Shown here: positions 37,710-51,226 of the stretch, piece after piece | How the letters are laid out: every line of letters starts with the position of its first letter | Position numbering within the stretch: position 1 is the first letter of the stretch | Source: Felis catus | Taxonomy: Eukaryota | Length of the DNA stretch: 64,000 bases | NCBI RefSeq assembly: GCF_018350175.1 | Contig: NC_058368.1 | Span: 133,488,001-133,552,000 of the forward strand | Reading direction: 5' to 3' | Position numbers and translations under genes: made by a program | Notes under the pieces: generated by a model | Database searches by the model: none | What the model saw: the letters and a program-made list of their open reading frames with translations, nothing else | What the model was told of the DNA's origin: nothing

Positions 37710-38489
37710 TATTTTATTTTTTTATATACACCTTTACATTTTTATATGTACTTCTATATGATTAAATGTCAGGTTATGTAATTTTCAAAAATGTTTATTA
37801 GCCCTTGAGAGAGAGACAGAGAGAGAGAGCACTTAAAAGAATCTCATGAATGAATAAAAACAGTTTCTTGTAAGTTTGATTAGAATATGAAGAAAACATT
37901 CTAATTGGTCCTCTAAATAGCTTAGCTAAGGATTTAATGAAAGAATTTATGCCAAGCCCTTAGCCCAGCCATGGGTGGCTATGAATATTATGTGCAGCAT
38001 GGATTGAATTTGGAGTGTTTGCACTTGGTGTGGAACTTGGGCTTCTGAACATCAGCTTGGATCCTTTATCCATTGAGTTTCTATCTGTGTCAGGCACTGT
38101 GCCAGTATTGGGTTGCAGTAGAAAGAAAACATCATTTCTGATCTTGAAGAAAGAGTTTCTACTAGTAATAGGCACCTGCGAATTATCACATGTGATCTTA
38201 CCTTGGGATATACTTGTTGCTAAACTTAATTAAGTCAAAGTAACTGGTTTTGCCATCAGAAATCTGTACCTGATGTATTTTGTAACATCAAGACCAGCCA
38301 TCTTCATATTGCTTAGCTTTGTTTTAATCTAAAAGACTCTTTTCTTTGGCAATTTTTTACTGCTTTCTTTAAAACAAAGATTCTGTGAAGGCTTATAGCT
38401 TAAAATTTTTGCCACTCAGTTATCCTTGCTAAGTTTCATTGAACTCTGCTTTTTGAGGGGAAGATCTATGATGTTTTCATCTAGTTGTC

Positions 38490-38740
38490 ACTAATAATAA
38501 TGAGAGCTAACCTTGAGAGCTTGCTATGTAGCATGCATTGTTTTTAGGGAATTATATTTATTGCCTTAATTTTTTCTTAAACATCTTTATCCCCCTATGA
38601 GGGGCAGTCTTATGCCCATGTTACAGATGAAAAAACTGAGGAATAGTTTGACTGAATTGCACAAGATCATGGTGTTCACAAACAGCAGAGCCAAGATTTG
38701 AGCCTGAGTGTTGTGACTCCGAAGTCCATTCTTGTAAATA
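38490..38740 (-). mobile_element. MIR
   Basis: cccatgttacagatgaaaaaactgagg...gcagagccaagatttgagcc...tgactcc. Confidence 0.8.
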
Positions 38741-39424
38741 CCGCACTGTTTGTAATGCAGTAGGTACCCGTAGGTTTCTAGTAAACTCCAGCAGGGTTAA
38801 TTGGAGTGAATGCTAGGGGGGAAAATCTTTGCTCATTTGGAATCCAGGGCTGACTCAATCTATAGGGATCCTGGTCCCTTAATTGCAAAAGTAAATTAAA
38901 ACTATACAATTAATAATTAAACAATTACACATTTGTTAACCCAGCCATTCTATGTCTCCCATTTCATCACAAGGAAATAGTTGTGAATGGGTGCAGAGAA
39001 ATAACAATAGTGATATTTAGATCAGCATCATTTATTAGAATTAAAATTGCTTGTCATCTAACTACCTGGCAAAAGATATTGGCTAAACATATTATAGTAT
39101 ACACATAAAATGGAAAGTAATTGTAAACATTAAATATCGTGTAGTAAAAGAATATGTTGTAACATTGACATAGTCTCCCAATATGTTTTTAATATGAAAT
39201 CCCATTGTTCAGTGGTCTCATGGCCTTGATTGCTTCCTAGGTCTTGCTATAAATGTAAGGAAATAATTGTATATATAACAAGGGGGAGGAAGACAGTTCC
39301 TGGGATGATTGTTGACTGGGTTCCCTTTAAAAATGGGCACATGAAGGATGTTATGGCCTTCTTTTACACCCTGCAGTTCTATCCATGAGACACGTTTTGC
39401 CACTGAGATTTCCTGAGGCATTAA

Positions 39425-39860
39425 GTGGTTTATCAGTTGGTGACAATATTGTATAACTACAAACTTTCATTGGCAGACAAGTATTTCTTATTTACATGGT
39501 TGCAGGTCAGCTGGGTTTTGGATCATTTTGTCTGGGCTCTGCTAGGATTGGGTCTAGGATGCTATTTGAGTCCGGATTTGCACAATGTGTCTGTCTTCTT
39601 TCTTGGACCAGCAGCTAGGCAAGGCATCATATTCTGGTAAAAGACAGGAGCATGAGAGTGCATATCCACCAGCTCAGGCATGCTTCAAGCCTCTGGGGAC
39701 ATCATGTCTTCTAATTTTGTATTGGCCAAAGCAAGTCACATGTCAAGCCCAGAGTGAAGGGGTAGAAACATGTTCTACCCACATGGTATCTAGGCCAAGA
39801 TGCAGATATATAACACTAATGCAGAGTAGCAAAGAATTGGGACCAATAATTGCATTTGTC
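39425..39860 (-). mobile_element. Old MaLR LTR (MLT1G/H-like)
   Basis: tgcaggtcagctggg...ttcaagcctctg...attggccaaagcaagtcacatg. Confidence 0.7.
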
Positions 39861-40959
39861 ATAATTAGCCTCTCTCTCTCTCTCTTTTTTTTTCTTTTGC
39901 CTTTACCTATTTTTTAATTATTACAGTGATATCTGTTTAATGCAGACAAATGTAGACAAACTATCGGTACTTTTTCTTTTTCCAGGGCTAGCTTTTAAAC
40001 AACAAACACAGAGTTGACTGTATTCAACTCTGTCTGATTTTTTTTTTTTAATTTTATTTTGGAGGCTAAAGCTATCTTCTCTCTTTATGGCCTGCAACTT
40101 GCTAAGTAGGCAACCAGAAGCATCATGTAAACACTGAGCTTTGGGAACCCCCTGATGAGTAAGAGGAGTGTTATTTTAATCATTATACAGACCCTTAAGT
40201 CTAGGCATAAGTATGTGGTAACGTACCTGACAGTTCACAGCAAGGGAGCTGCACAATGAAGGACAGAACCTCAGGATCTTGAGTCCTGGCTTCTTGATAT
40301 GCGAAGCAGTGTCCTCAATCCAGGTCCTGAATTTCACAACTATGATACATATTGGAGCCCTAATGGTCAGAAAAGGCAGGATTCTTTTCCTTATGAGGAA
40401 AATTGTGTTTTTCAAAACTTACTGGCTTGTTTGGAGTGTAAAACAAAGGAATCTATATATGCTTGCAAGTTGCATCTAATAATAATAAACCAACTTTGTA
40501 GATAGTATAAACTAGAATTTGTAACAGCGTCGTGGTGTTCTATCTTGGGGAAAATACTGAGACATTTTTCTTTCTTGGACTGTGGAAATCAGTTTGGAAT
40601 AACATCTGAAAAATTTTTAAAAGCATTTCAGAGTGAATTTTACTTCAAGACGGAAAAGAAAAACAAACAACCCTATCCTAAAAAAAGCTTTTTTTTTTTT
40701 TTTCTTTTCTTTAAAATTAACCTGGCGGCCATTGTGTTTTAGTGCTGTGTGGAGGTTAATGGGTTTTCCATCCTAGAGGCCTCCTTAGCTCACTGGGTGA
40801 GACCAAGAATTCAGATTAAAGTGAATTTACATGAAATGAGACCTCATTTTTTTTATGGGTAGCCTTGGTGTTTAGCAAATATTGCTCCTAAAAGTTCTCC
40901 TTGATGCCCTACATTTTTTATGTTCATAATTTCATCCGAAGGATGCCTATACAATGATG

Positions 40960-41350
40960 ATGTGTGTTAGAATGCCGTAACAAGCAAACCAAAACCTATC
41001 AGTGGCTTGTCACAATGCTTATTTATTTCCTACTCATGTACATGTTTTTGGTTAGCAGGCAGCTGTCTTCCTCATGCTGAGTCAGGGACCCACGCTCCTT
41101 CCATCTTCTGGTTTTGTTCTTCCCTATGGCCTTAATATACTTTGCTTCTGGATGATAGAAGTAAGAAAAAAAAAAGGAGAAAGCTTTCCGTCTTCTTAAA
41201 AGTCCCAGCCTAGAAGAGACACATTCTTCTTGTCCATTCACATTCTTTCTGTCAAGATTATGTCACACGGTCACAGCCAAATGCCAGCCTGGTGCTGTTC
41301 TTGGGAGGAGGTGAGGGGACTAGCATGGTCCTTCTGGGCCGTTGCCTATT
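40960..41350 (-). mobile_element. Old MaLR LTR (MLT1J/K-like)
   Basis: tcagtggctt...ttatttcctactcatg...cagggacccacgctccttccatctt...tcacattc...gtcacacgg. Confidence 0.6.
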
Positions 41351-41959
41351 TGTACAGCTACACAAGAGTCAATGGCAACATGGCGCTTACTGAGTTGGGG
41401 AAGCCTGAGAGAGAAATAGGTCTTACTAAAGAAATAGAATGTGGTAATTTCCCTTCGCTAACTGTGTATGTCAGGACTGTGGGATCGCAAAAAGGGAGAG
41501 TTGTATTTTGAGAAGGAAAGAATTGGCTCCATGTCAGGAAGATGGCTCTAAATGGTTATTGGAATCTGCAGTATGGTCACTGATAACCTTGGGGACAGTA
41601 GTGAAGTGGGACGAAAAGCTAGAATGGAGTGGGTTAAGAGCAAACGGTAGTTAAGGAATGAGAGGTAGCTAGTGGGGAGACAGTTGAGTGTAGATAGCTC
41701 TCTTGAAAAGTGCTGCTGTGTAAGGGAGTAGACACATTGTGGGAGCTGGAAAAGTTTAAGGGGTCAAAAGGAGACCTCTTAGCGTGGGGTCCATGTGAGC
41801 ATGTTTGTCAGGTGTTGAGAATGGCAGTGAAGAAAGCCAAAGTAAAGGGCTTCCGCAGGAACCTGGCAAGGTCTCCAGAGCACATGTAAGAAGGTGGGCT
41901 TTTTTATGGGAGAAGGGGCACTTCCTTTCTTGTCATCAGAGGAAGGAGGCGAGAAAGGA

Positions 41960-42400
41960 TGCAAAAGTGGATCTATATCATGGAATACTATTCAGCAGTA
42001 AAAAGGAATGAACTATTGATGGGGATGGTGGCCTGGGTGAATCTCCGGAGAATTAGACTGCATTAAAAACAAAAAGCCTGCTGTGTAATTCCATTTGTGT
42101 ATACCATTCTCAAAGTGACACGCTTGTAGGGGTGGAGAACTGGTGAGCGGTTGCTGGGGCTTTAGGAGGGGGAGATGGGAGGGGAGTAAGTGTGGCTCTA
42201 AACTGATGACATGTGGGATCCTCTGCTGATGGACATGTTCTGTATCTTGACTGTGTCCAAGTCGTTATCCTGATGCTTATTGCACACTATGGTCTTGCGG
42301 AGCGTTACTGTTGAGGAAAACCCGGCAAAGCGTACCTGGGTTCTCTCTATATTATTTCTTACTACTGCATACGAATCTACATTTATCTCAAGAGAATAAG
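41960..42400 (+). mobile_element. L1MC-type 3' end
   Basis: atggaatactattcagcagtaaaaaggaatgaactattgat...tgttctgtatcttgactgtg...tattatttcttactactgcat. Confidence 0.8.
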
Positions 42401-43218
42401 AAGTTTCATTTTTAAATGTCCCATTTCCATATCACTGGTGTCAATAAATTTTCTTGATAAAAAGTAGGTAGGTTAATAGATTTGGTAGCTTCACTTTTCT
42501 CCATGCATTATGAGACCCCTGGGTAGCAGTTGGGAGGGTTATATGGGAGTCGAGTAGAGAGGGAAGTCACATGGTCTTGGAGAACAGGAAAGGAGCTGTA
42601 AATGTGGTAGGATTGCTTTGGAGCTTTAACAACCCATTTAAGGTCTGAGGTCATGAACTGCAAGTGAAGGCTATTGACATGTTTGAGGAAAAGGTAAGGC
42701 CCCAGTGAAATGTGTGTAGTGGGAACAGTACTTTTACAGAACATGGATAGCAGAGAACCCAGATTGAGGGTCCTGTGAAGGTAGTGGTGGGGAGAGTGGG
42801 GTTGAGCTGTTTAAGAACAAGTGGAGTTTTGGTGCCTTTGGTGGAATTTCTCAGTGGCGGAGCCACAGCCCATGGGAGTTTGGAAGGAGGAGTGGTAGTG
42901 GGCACTTGGGCATGTGGTTGTATTTGGGACTGAGCACTATGTGGGCTAAGTTGGGTTGAGTGCAGGCCTTGAAGGTTGAGTGCAATGTTAGTATTTTGAT
43001 ATATGGCAAAATTGGAAACTCTTAGAGGGCAAAGACATTTGCAGTTGTTGTAAATGGTGCTCTTTTGTGGTACTTTCCGTCTGGGTTCTTGGCTCTTGGA
43101 CAACAGAGAAAAAAAATCCTGGATCCACTGAAAATTCACACTTAAGGTCGTACTGGTTTAAAAACATCCTATTTCTGTTTGTTTTTCGATTTGCCAATAC
43201 TTTAAAAATTGCCAGACT

Positions 43219-43388
43219 GGGGGCTCCTGGCTGGTTGGTTAAGCATCTGACTCTTGATTTGGGCTCAGGTCATGATCTCATGGTTCATGTGTTCCAACCT
43301 ACATCACGCTCCATGCTAAATGAATAAATGATCCAATGAATCATTGAGTCAATGAATCAATGAGTCAGTGAGTCAGTGAATCAGTGAA

Positions 43389-43437
<49 letters not shown>
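43219..43437 (+). mobile_element. Rearranged CanSINE containing an 8-bp tandem repeat and (CT)n, no A tail
   Basis: SINE head to ~43315, octamer repeat 43321-43390, then (CT)n. Confidence 0.8.
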
Positions 43438-44556
43438 GGGCTGAAGGCATGTAACTGGGAATAGGATTTTTTTTTTTTACATTAGTTGAGTGTTCTCTTA
43501 GAACTTATAAAATTGTATAGTTCATCAACAGTTGCTAAGGAAGTTGGAGGATGTCTACACATTTTTCTGAGTCACCAAGCAGTCAAGAGGCAAATCCATT
43601 AGTACCTTCTTCCTGGTGAGAGTGCCTGCTTTTAAATAGTCTTTGAAATCATTGCTGTCTTCACTGCCCCTATGTCATTCTGTGTCTGGATGTTTTGTTG
43701 GTATCTAGGTGTTCTAATTGCAAGATGACTCTTGTGGTGTATTTTTGTTGTGCAATCTCTCCTTGCCAGAGTAGGCATAGCTCCAGAGACTTGAACTTAA
43801 TGGGGCATGCAGCCACTTCCTTTGGCAGGTGCTGCCTCCCAGTGTCTGTCAGGTAGCCTTCTGCTGTGGCTCATCTCTCGTGCCGGTGGCCCACCAGTGT
43901 GTCATTGCTTCACCTGACACAGTGATCACAAGGTGGTTCCCGGACCCTGGTGCCCTGCTGCCTCAAACTGACGTGTGGCCACCTTGTTCTGAGCCAGGCT
44001 GCAGAGACCTCTTTGAAAGTCAAATACATATCTCTTTCAGGCCTCTTGGACCAAGGAAGCCTTCCCAAGAGGTGAGGATGTCAGGCATGCTGGGAGAATT
44101 AATTAAGGGATGAGTCTAAATGAGGACTTGAAGAATCAAATGTGTTTTTCTTATACCGGAAATCAGATGAGAGACTAGGCTGTTTGCTTTGAAGTAGTGT
44201 GAGTTCCAGAGAGTGCTGGGAGCCATGCTAGGTCAGCAAATCTGGCTTTTCAGAAAGCCATTTGACAATTTTATACCAGATAGAAGGACTTCAAAATTAG
44301 TTCTGAGTGTTAATTAAGATGTTGAAAGGAGACTCAGTTTCCCTTAAGTCTTTTGAGGTGCCTTCTGCAGACCAAAAAGTAGCTTGGGTCTTAAATCGCT
44401 GTTGGTCTAGAATTTCAAGATCACTAGGGTAGGAAAATCAGTTGAATACTTACATAGAACTGAACCATTCTGACTTCCAAAATTGAGTTGGCCTTCTTGA
44501 CCTTCAGTTGGGTGTGGCAAATCAAATGTGGTAAGGTCAGTTTTTGCTGGTATTAT

Positions 44557-44780
44557 TTCATTTTATTTACTTTTTAAAAATCTTTTATATGTTTATTTTA
44601 AGAGAGACAGAGTGAGTGGGGGAGGGGGAGAGAGAGAGAGGGAGACAGAGAATCCCAAGCAGGCTCCGCACCACCAAGCACAGAGCTGGATGTGGGACTT
44701 GAACCCACGAAACCATGAGGTCTTGACATGATCCGAATGAAGAGTCACACGCTTAACAGACCGAGCCACCCAGGAGCTCC
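44557..44780 (-). mobile_element. CanSINE (Fc3-like)
   Basis: SINE body; TSD tggtattattt. Confidence 0.9.
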
Positions 44781-44818
44781 AAGTGATGGTATTATTTTAA
44801 AATAATTTGTATTTGTCT

Positions 44819-45037
44819 AGGCTTCTGGATGGCTCATTTGCTTAAGTGTCTGACTCTTGACTCTTCATTTTAGCTCAGGCCATGATCTCATGTTCCATGG
44901 GTTCAAGCCCCACATCGGGCTCTGCACTGAGAGTGAGCAGCCTATTTGGGATTCTCTGTCTCTCCCCTGCCTCTGCCCCTCCCCAACTCGTGCTCTCTGT
45001 CTCTCTCTCAGAATACATAGATACACCAAAATAAAAA
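44819..45037 (+). mobile_element. CanSINE (Fc3-like, diverged)
   Basis: gctcaggccatgatctcatg...tttgggattctctgtctctc. Confidence 0.88.
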
Positions 45038-45308
45038 GTTGTGTGTGTCTAAATATGTAAGGAAGCTCTCTATATCAATGAGACTCATGAAGAAACTTAA
45101 CAGAAACAAACCAAAGATGCGTGAATGTTCACATGAACAAAGCACTAGGCTTCCTCATTCACCGTTTTGGTCTCTCTCTTGCTCCCTTAATGTCTTGCCC
45201 ATATTTTTTGTGTTCTAATGTGGTTCTATAAATAACAGACTTGGGTTATTCCTGAGAGAAGAATGAATTTATTGAATCCATGTATCAAAAATTCAAGTTG
45301 TTTGTTCT

Positions 45309-45530
45309 TTTTTTTTTAAAGTTTAGTTATTTATTTTTGAGAGAGCACGAGCAGGGGAGGGGCAGAGAGGGACGGAGAGAGACAGAGAGAGTGAGAGAGA
45401 GAATCTCAAGCAGGCTCCATGCTGTCAGTACAGAGCCTGATGAGGGGCTCGAATCCCTGAATTGTGAGATCATGACCTGAGCCAACACCAAGAATTAGAC
45501 TGTCACCCGACTGAGCCACCCAGGTGCCTG
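45309..45530 (-). mobile_element. CanSINE (Fc3-like)
   Basis: Perfect 22-bp TSD aaaaattcaagttgtttgttct at 45287-45308 and 45531-45552. Confidence 0.92.
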
Positions 45531-46017
45531 AAAAATTCAAGTTGTTTGTTCTGAAAACTTACTTTAGAAGAGAAAGTTGATTTCACTTGGAGTTGTGTGG
45601 TTTGGTTTGGCATTTTTATCAAGGGGTTGACTTTTTGAAGGGGGATTATCATGTTCTTCTTTGTTTTCTCTCTGCTGATTTTATATTTTTGTACATTCCT
45701 GAAAATTTGTTTTGCCCTGATAGGGTGGACTGAGGCCAAGCGTGGCTGGACGTGGTTTTCCCATCCTTTATGCCTTGTGTACTTTCAGGTTCAGAAAGGC
45801 ATGCAGATTCTAAGCTTATCTTTTCAGCCCCATGTATGTATCATCTATAAAAGATGGATTGGTTTTAGCTCCCCGTGACACTTTTTGGTATATGTGAGGA
45901 TGCCACAAAAGTTGAATTGACAGTATTGTAGTTAAAAGCATGAAATATAAAGTTAAATAACAGAAAATCAGTATGGCCCATCAAATCCCACAGACAGCAC
46001 TCTTAGTAGGCGGGGGG

Positions 46018-46270
46018 GGGGCGCCCGGGTGGCTCAGTCAGTTAAGCGTCCAACTTAAGTTGATTAAGCGTCCGACTTCAGCTCAGGTCATGATCTTGCT
46101 GTCCATGAGTTTGAGCCCCACGTTGGGCTCTGTGCTGACAGCTCAGAGCCTGGAGCCTGCTTCAGATTTTGTGTCTTCCTCTCTCTCCCTGCCCCTCCCC
46201 TGCTCACACTCTGTCTGTCTGCCTGTCTGTCTGTCTGTCTCTCTCTCTCAAAAAATAATAAAAAAAAAAT
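46018..46270 (+). mobile_element. CanSINE (Fc2-like) with internal duplication
   Basis: ttaagcgtcc(a/g)actt occurs twice in the head. Confidence 0.9.
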
Positions 46271-48330
46271 AATTAGTAGGGAAGGGAAGATAAGGTTGGG
46301 GAATGCAAGGGAGATGGTGGGTGCTGCCATTTCATGCCACCCTGGAGCCACATGTATGCAGTTGGATATGGGCGACTGGCTGTTCTGGTGACATTGTCTT
46401 AATGTGTGCAGTGAAACGTACCACATCTGCTCAGAAGTGCACGTGAGGTGCTAAGTGCTCATGTGCCGGAATCCTCTGGACAACACATGCGTGGTAGTGG
46501 GGTGCGATGCAGTAGCGTTTGGGGGAGGCATGGATCAGAATGGGATACATGGAGTAGACTGAATGGGGTTTCAAGATGGAAAGCAAGTGACTTGCCTGGG
46601 TGACTTGGTAGGTTATGCACTGCTCTTGCAGGGTGTTATGGGAACCATGAAATGGGGCTCAGAGGCCCAGATGCTGATGACAGGCATACCTTTAAGTAAA
46701 GCGTGGCTCGGTTTCTGATGCCTAATTTCATCCTCTGTAAAATGAACAGGTTGGATCAGACAGCCTCCAAGTCCCTTCAAACTTGAGTAGTAAATAATTT
46801 TAGTTACCAAGATGAGATGGGGGGGGGGGGGGGAGTCTTTGCAGAGACCGGTTTCCCTTCATTTTCTCCCTTCACACGTAAATATTTTGTCCGCTGTTGA
46901 GCTCAGAAACCCACTGTCTCCCCTGGAGGAGCATTCCAGTGATGTCCTGTCACCGGCCTCTGAAACTGAGTACCCCAGGCCATCTATCTCTTGTTTAAAG
47001 CTCATTTTCAGTGGCGAATCAAAGATCAAGAATGTAGACCTGTTTTTTACTTCCTGGGTGGAAACCGAAAATGAAGCTGACTGTATGTCAACTCCATAGT
47101 AAGAGTATAAGGAAAGGAATGCAAATGCCACCAACCGGGAAGTTTAAAGATTTATAAAAATTAGTGTTCCTGATATATTAATGACTCTGGTGGTGGTAGC
47201 CTGCATTTGTCATTGTCATGTTCCATTGTCATTCAAGTATTTAATCAACGCCTATTGTCAGGGCTACATTTATTTTCTTGTGTCTGCCTCGCCAGATCAT
47301 TTCTCTGTTCTTTGACAGTACTGTGTCAGGTGCCCTGCATCACACCAGGGCCAGAAGGGAGATCTTGAGGGTAAGCCCCGTCCTTGATTTTAACCCATTG
47401 CTGACTGGCTCACTGCTGGGAGTGAGACTTTTGAAAAGAAAGTACAGTATTATTTAAATGTCTGTTTCCCTCTTTCTGAATAAGACCAAGGTGGAATCAT
47501 TCCTACCCTACATGATTAATCCTGTGTCCAAATTAGGCTTGAAGGATTTTGCATAAGGTAGCAGAGTTACCATGTTGCAAATCCCTGTGAGAGAGAGGCA
47601 TGTATGTATGTTAAGTAACATACATGGACGTTTGGTAAGTGTTTATACGTATGCATGCACGCATGGCTCTGTGCCCTTGATTTTTACTTAGTGTCTCATA
47701 ATTTTGGACATGCCTGTAGTTTTGCCTTACATCACTCTAGAGGACAGGAACAGTTACGTATGTCAGTGCCCTTTTTTTTTTTTAAACCTCAAACAAATTT
47801 CGCTGGGCTCAGAACAAGGAAAAAGGGGTTAAACTAGTCTGATAAATTTGAATTCTTTCTTGAGCTAAGTACTGAGAGCTGGGTCACCCACTGTGTTTGC
47901 CTTGGTTTCCAGAAATCTCAGAGCAAAAACGTTTTGTTGCTCTATTTTTGCTCCATTTCACTAGATTGTGGCTGCAGTGGTACATATAAATAATTTTTAA
48001 AAATAGGGGGGAAATAATACATGCACAAACGCATAGCACTGAGATGCCTACTTACGTGTTAAAAAAAAAAAAAGGGAAGTGAAACTCATGATCCTTAACT
48101 ACATTCAGATTCCATTCCAAACCTTCATATCACTTGCTGATTCTTCAACAGCCCTATTTTAACTCTTTCCTTCCATAGTATATTGCTTTCTTCTTACAGG
48201 ATGGATCACTCTAAATTTTCTATTATTTGTGTACCTATCATCCCTTTTACTAGTTTATAAATTCCTTGACATTTTCCTTGTTTCTTCAAAGCAGAGTTTC
48301 CTGCATTGCAAATATTAATTGCTCAGTAAA

Positions 48331-48505
48331 TAGGATGGCCAGACAAAATGCATGACACCATTAATAATATCACATAGACAGCTAATCCTATTTTTAGTAT
48401 ATGTATGCCCATTCTGAAATTTGGGCACTAAATTCACTAAATCCAGTACAGATTTATTTGTACTGGAATGGATTTAGGGGTCTTACATTTTTATTTGCAA
48501 AATCC
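48331..48505. mobile_element. MER53-like palindromic MITE remnant
   Basis: taggatggccagacaaaat...tttttagtatatgtatgccc...tttttatttgcaaaatc. Confidence 0.5.
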
Positions 48506-48859
48506 GTCTGTAAATACTGGAATGGTTTTGTGTATAGGCATCCTCAGACATACTGTCTTTTAGGTACATGCATAGTATGAAAGGCAGGAGGTTAGAGCCC
48601 TTACACATGGATGTCAGTACAATATCCTTTTCTAATGTTTTCTTTGATTCTCTGGCTGCTTAGTCACCTCAGAGACAGGATTATCTCTGTGGACAACCCC
48701 AAGCAGATCTGGTATGTGATGTCCTCTGATGTATGTAAGTCTGGATGCAAATGCCCCACTGCCATTCTTTGAACAGTTATGGTCCTCTCTGTGGATTCAA
48801 ATAATGGGAGGTTAAATGCATTTAATGGAACTATTAGAAGAAAATGACCTGACACTCAA

Positions 48860-49679
48860 TTTTTTTTGCCTTTTTATATTTTTATTTAATTTTTAAAATA
48901 TAATTTATTGTCAAACTGGCTTGCATACAACCCCCAGTGCTCATCCCAACAAGTGGCCTCCTCAATGCCCATCACCCATTTTCCCTCTTCCTCCTGCCCC
49001 ACCTCCCTGTCCACCTTCAGTTTTTTCTGTGTATTTAAGAGTCTCTTGTGGTTTGCTTCCCCTCCCTCTCTGATTGTATCTATTTTTCCCCCTTCCTTCC
49101 CCCATGGTCTTCTGTTAAGTTTCTCACGATCCACATTTGAGTGAAAACATATGATATCTGTCTTTCTCTGACTGACTTATTTCATTCAGCATAATACCTT
49201 CCAGTTCCATCCATGTTGCTGCAAATGGCAGGATTTCATTCATTCTTACTGCCAAGTAGTATTCCATTGTATATATAAACCACATCTTCTGTATCCATTT
49301 GTCAGTCGATGGACACTTAGGCTCTTTCCATAACTTGACTATTGTTGAAAGTGCTGTTATAAACATTGGGGTACTTGTGCCCCTATGCATCAGCACTCCT
49401 GTATCCCTTGGGTAAATTCCTAGTAGTGCTATTACTGGGTCATAGGGTAGTTCTATTTTTGATTTTTTGAGGAACCTCCACACTGTTTTCCAGAGTGGCT
49501 GCACTAGTTTGCATTCCTGCCAACAGTACAAGAGGGTTCCCGTTTCTCCACATCCTTGCCAGCATCTATAGTCTCCTGATTTGTTCTTTTTAGCCACTCT
49601 GACTGGCGTGAGGTGGTATCTTAGTGCGGCTTTGATTTGTATTTCCCTGATGAGGAGTGACGTTGAGCATCTTTTCATG
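48860..49679 (-). mobile_element. 5'-truncated carnivore/felid L1 (ORF2 C-terminus plus 3'UTR)
   Basis: ORF 49124-49678 ([13 protein letters not shown]...RYHLTPVR...[32 protein letters not shown]...YDP...LLGIYP) is the L1 ORF2 cysteine-rich C-terminus; poly(T) tail; actcaat on both flanks. Confidence 0.95.
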
Positions 49680-51013
49680 CAGACTCAATCTTGAGAGATG
49701 GCTGTTTGGGGGTGACTAGGACAACCGAATGGCTACCTTCCCCCACCTCAGCACCAAGCACACTGATTTCCCCCATAATCACGGCTGAATTCTCTAAAAA
49801 GGAATGCCAACTAGTCTAGTGATACCATTATTTTAAAACATGAAGACTTGACCCTGGAATTCAAGGCTACTTGATGTCATCTAAGCTTTCAGAAGAACTC
49901 AGTGAGTAAATAATAGACCAGAAATGAAAGGGCTGAATTCCAACCCTATACCTCTCATTAATTTCTAAGCAGAGCTGAGGCAAACATGATGCTAATCTGG
50001 GCTTTAATTTTTCTCTTGTTAAAAACAAGGGCACTATTTTGTTATGTTTTGGAAATCACTTAGTGATTTCTTAGGACTTAATTCAGGGCATAGGGTTGCA
50101 GCTTGGATAATACAGGTTCTTAGATTCTGTTGCTTTTAAACCAGGTAGGATGGACATTAATTTTCCTACTTACAGAGGAAGGAGAGCAGGCTACAGAGTC
50201 CCTGATGGAAGTCTGTCTCTCCGGGAATGGGGACTTTAACAAAGTACCATTTGGAATCCTGGGGAGATCTATGATAAGGTATTTTTTGAAGAAATCTTTC
50301 ATAGTTGTGTTCTAGACTTTTTGGTTGTTCATTAATTAGTATCAACAAACTGGAGACAAAATACTAGATTCTTCAGAAAGCATACATGGACATTGCTATT
50401 GGGGAGGAAGAATTTGAAATCTATTTGGAGTAAAAGTCAGCTTGGAACTAGAAACTGTTCCAAATAAATATATGTGGAAATACATTGTTATGAGAATTCA
50501 ATTGTATATAGAAGTTTCCTTGGGTAAACAGAACTTGTTAAGAAATTTGTACTTGTCTGGAAATTTCTGCTTGGATTGTGATAATGGAGTTTGTTTTATC
50601 CCCTTGTGGCTGCCTTTGTTCTTTTTGTTTCTCTTGTAAAGTTCCTGATGGCTAGCTCCTTGCTCCCTGTCGTAAGTATTTAGATGTAGGGCCATTGTCA
50701 GAAATGTTTAGCATCCAGGGCTGCTAGTGATATTTGAGTGTGTCAATAAAAGCATCTTAGTGTCCAAAAGAATGTTATTGAATAGGATCCATAATTTCTT
50801 CACAAAGCAAGATGCGAAGTACAAATTGTTATCTCGTGTTTTGAGGCTAATCAGCCTACCTTGAAAATAACCAGTATTTTGTGGAGGTGTTGGACTTTTT
50901 TGGAGATGCATTTTAGAAGTGAAAGTCAAACCCAAGAAGAGTGACATTTAAGGTTGCTGCGTCTTTGCCATTATTGTTACAAAGCAAACAATGGGACTGA
51001 GTTTCAATATATA

Positions 51014-51226
51014 TTTTTTAAAGTTTTTTTGAGAGAGAGAGAGAGTGTGAGTGCATGCATGTTGGCAGAAGAGGGGCAGAGAGAGAGTGACAGGGAGAAT
51101 CCCAAGCAGGCTTTACACTGTCAGCTCAGAGTCCAACGCGGGACTCCACCTCATGAGCCATGAGATCATGACCTGAACCGGAATCCGGAGTCGGATGTTG
51201 AAGTGACTGAGCCACCTAGGCACCCC
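51014..51226 (-). mobile_element. CanSINE (Fc3-like)
   Basis: gagaatcccaagcagg...gactgagccacctaggcacccc. Confidence 0.9.

Noticed and set aside
46819..46833. G15 run (and other G/C homopolymers near 8817, 9969, 29961) as G-quadruplexes
   Set aside because: Simple homopolymers with unreliable length and no supporting context.
49124..49678. 184-aa ORF with a cysteine-rich motif
   Set aside because: C-terminal fragment of L1 ORF2 in a 5'-truncated copy with no promoter; not a host gene.
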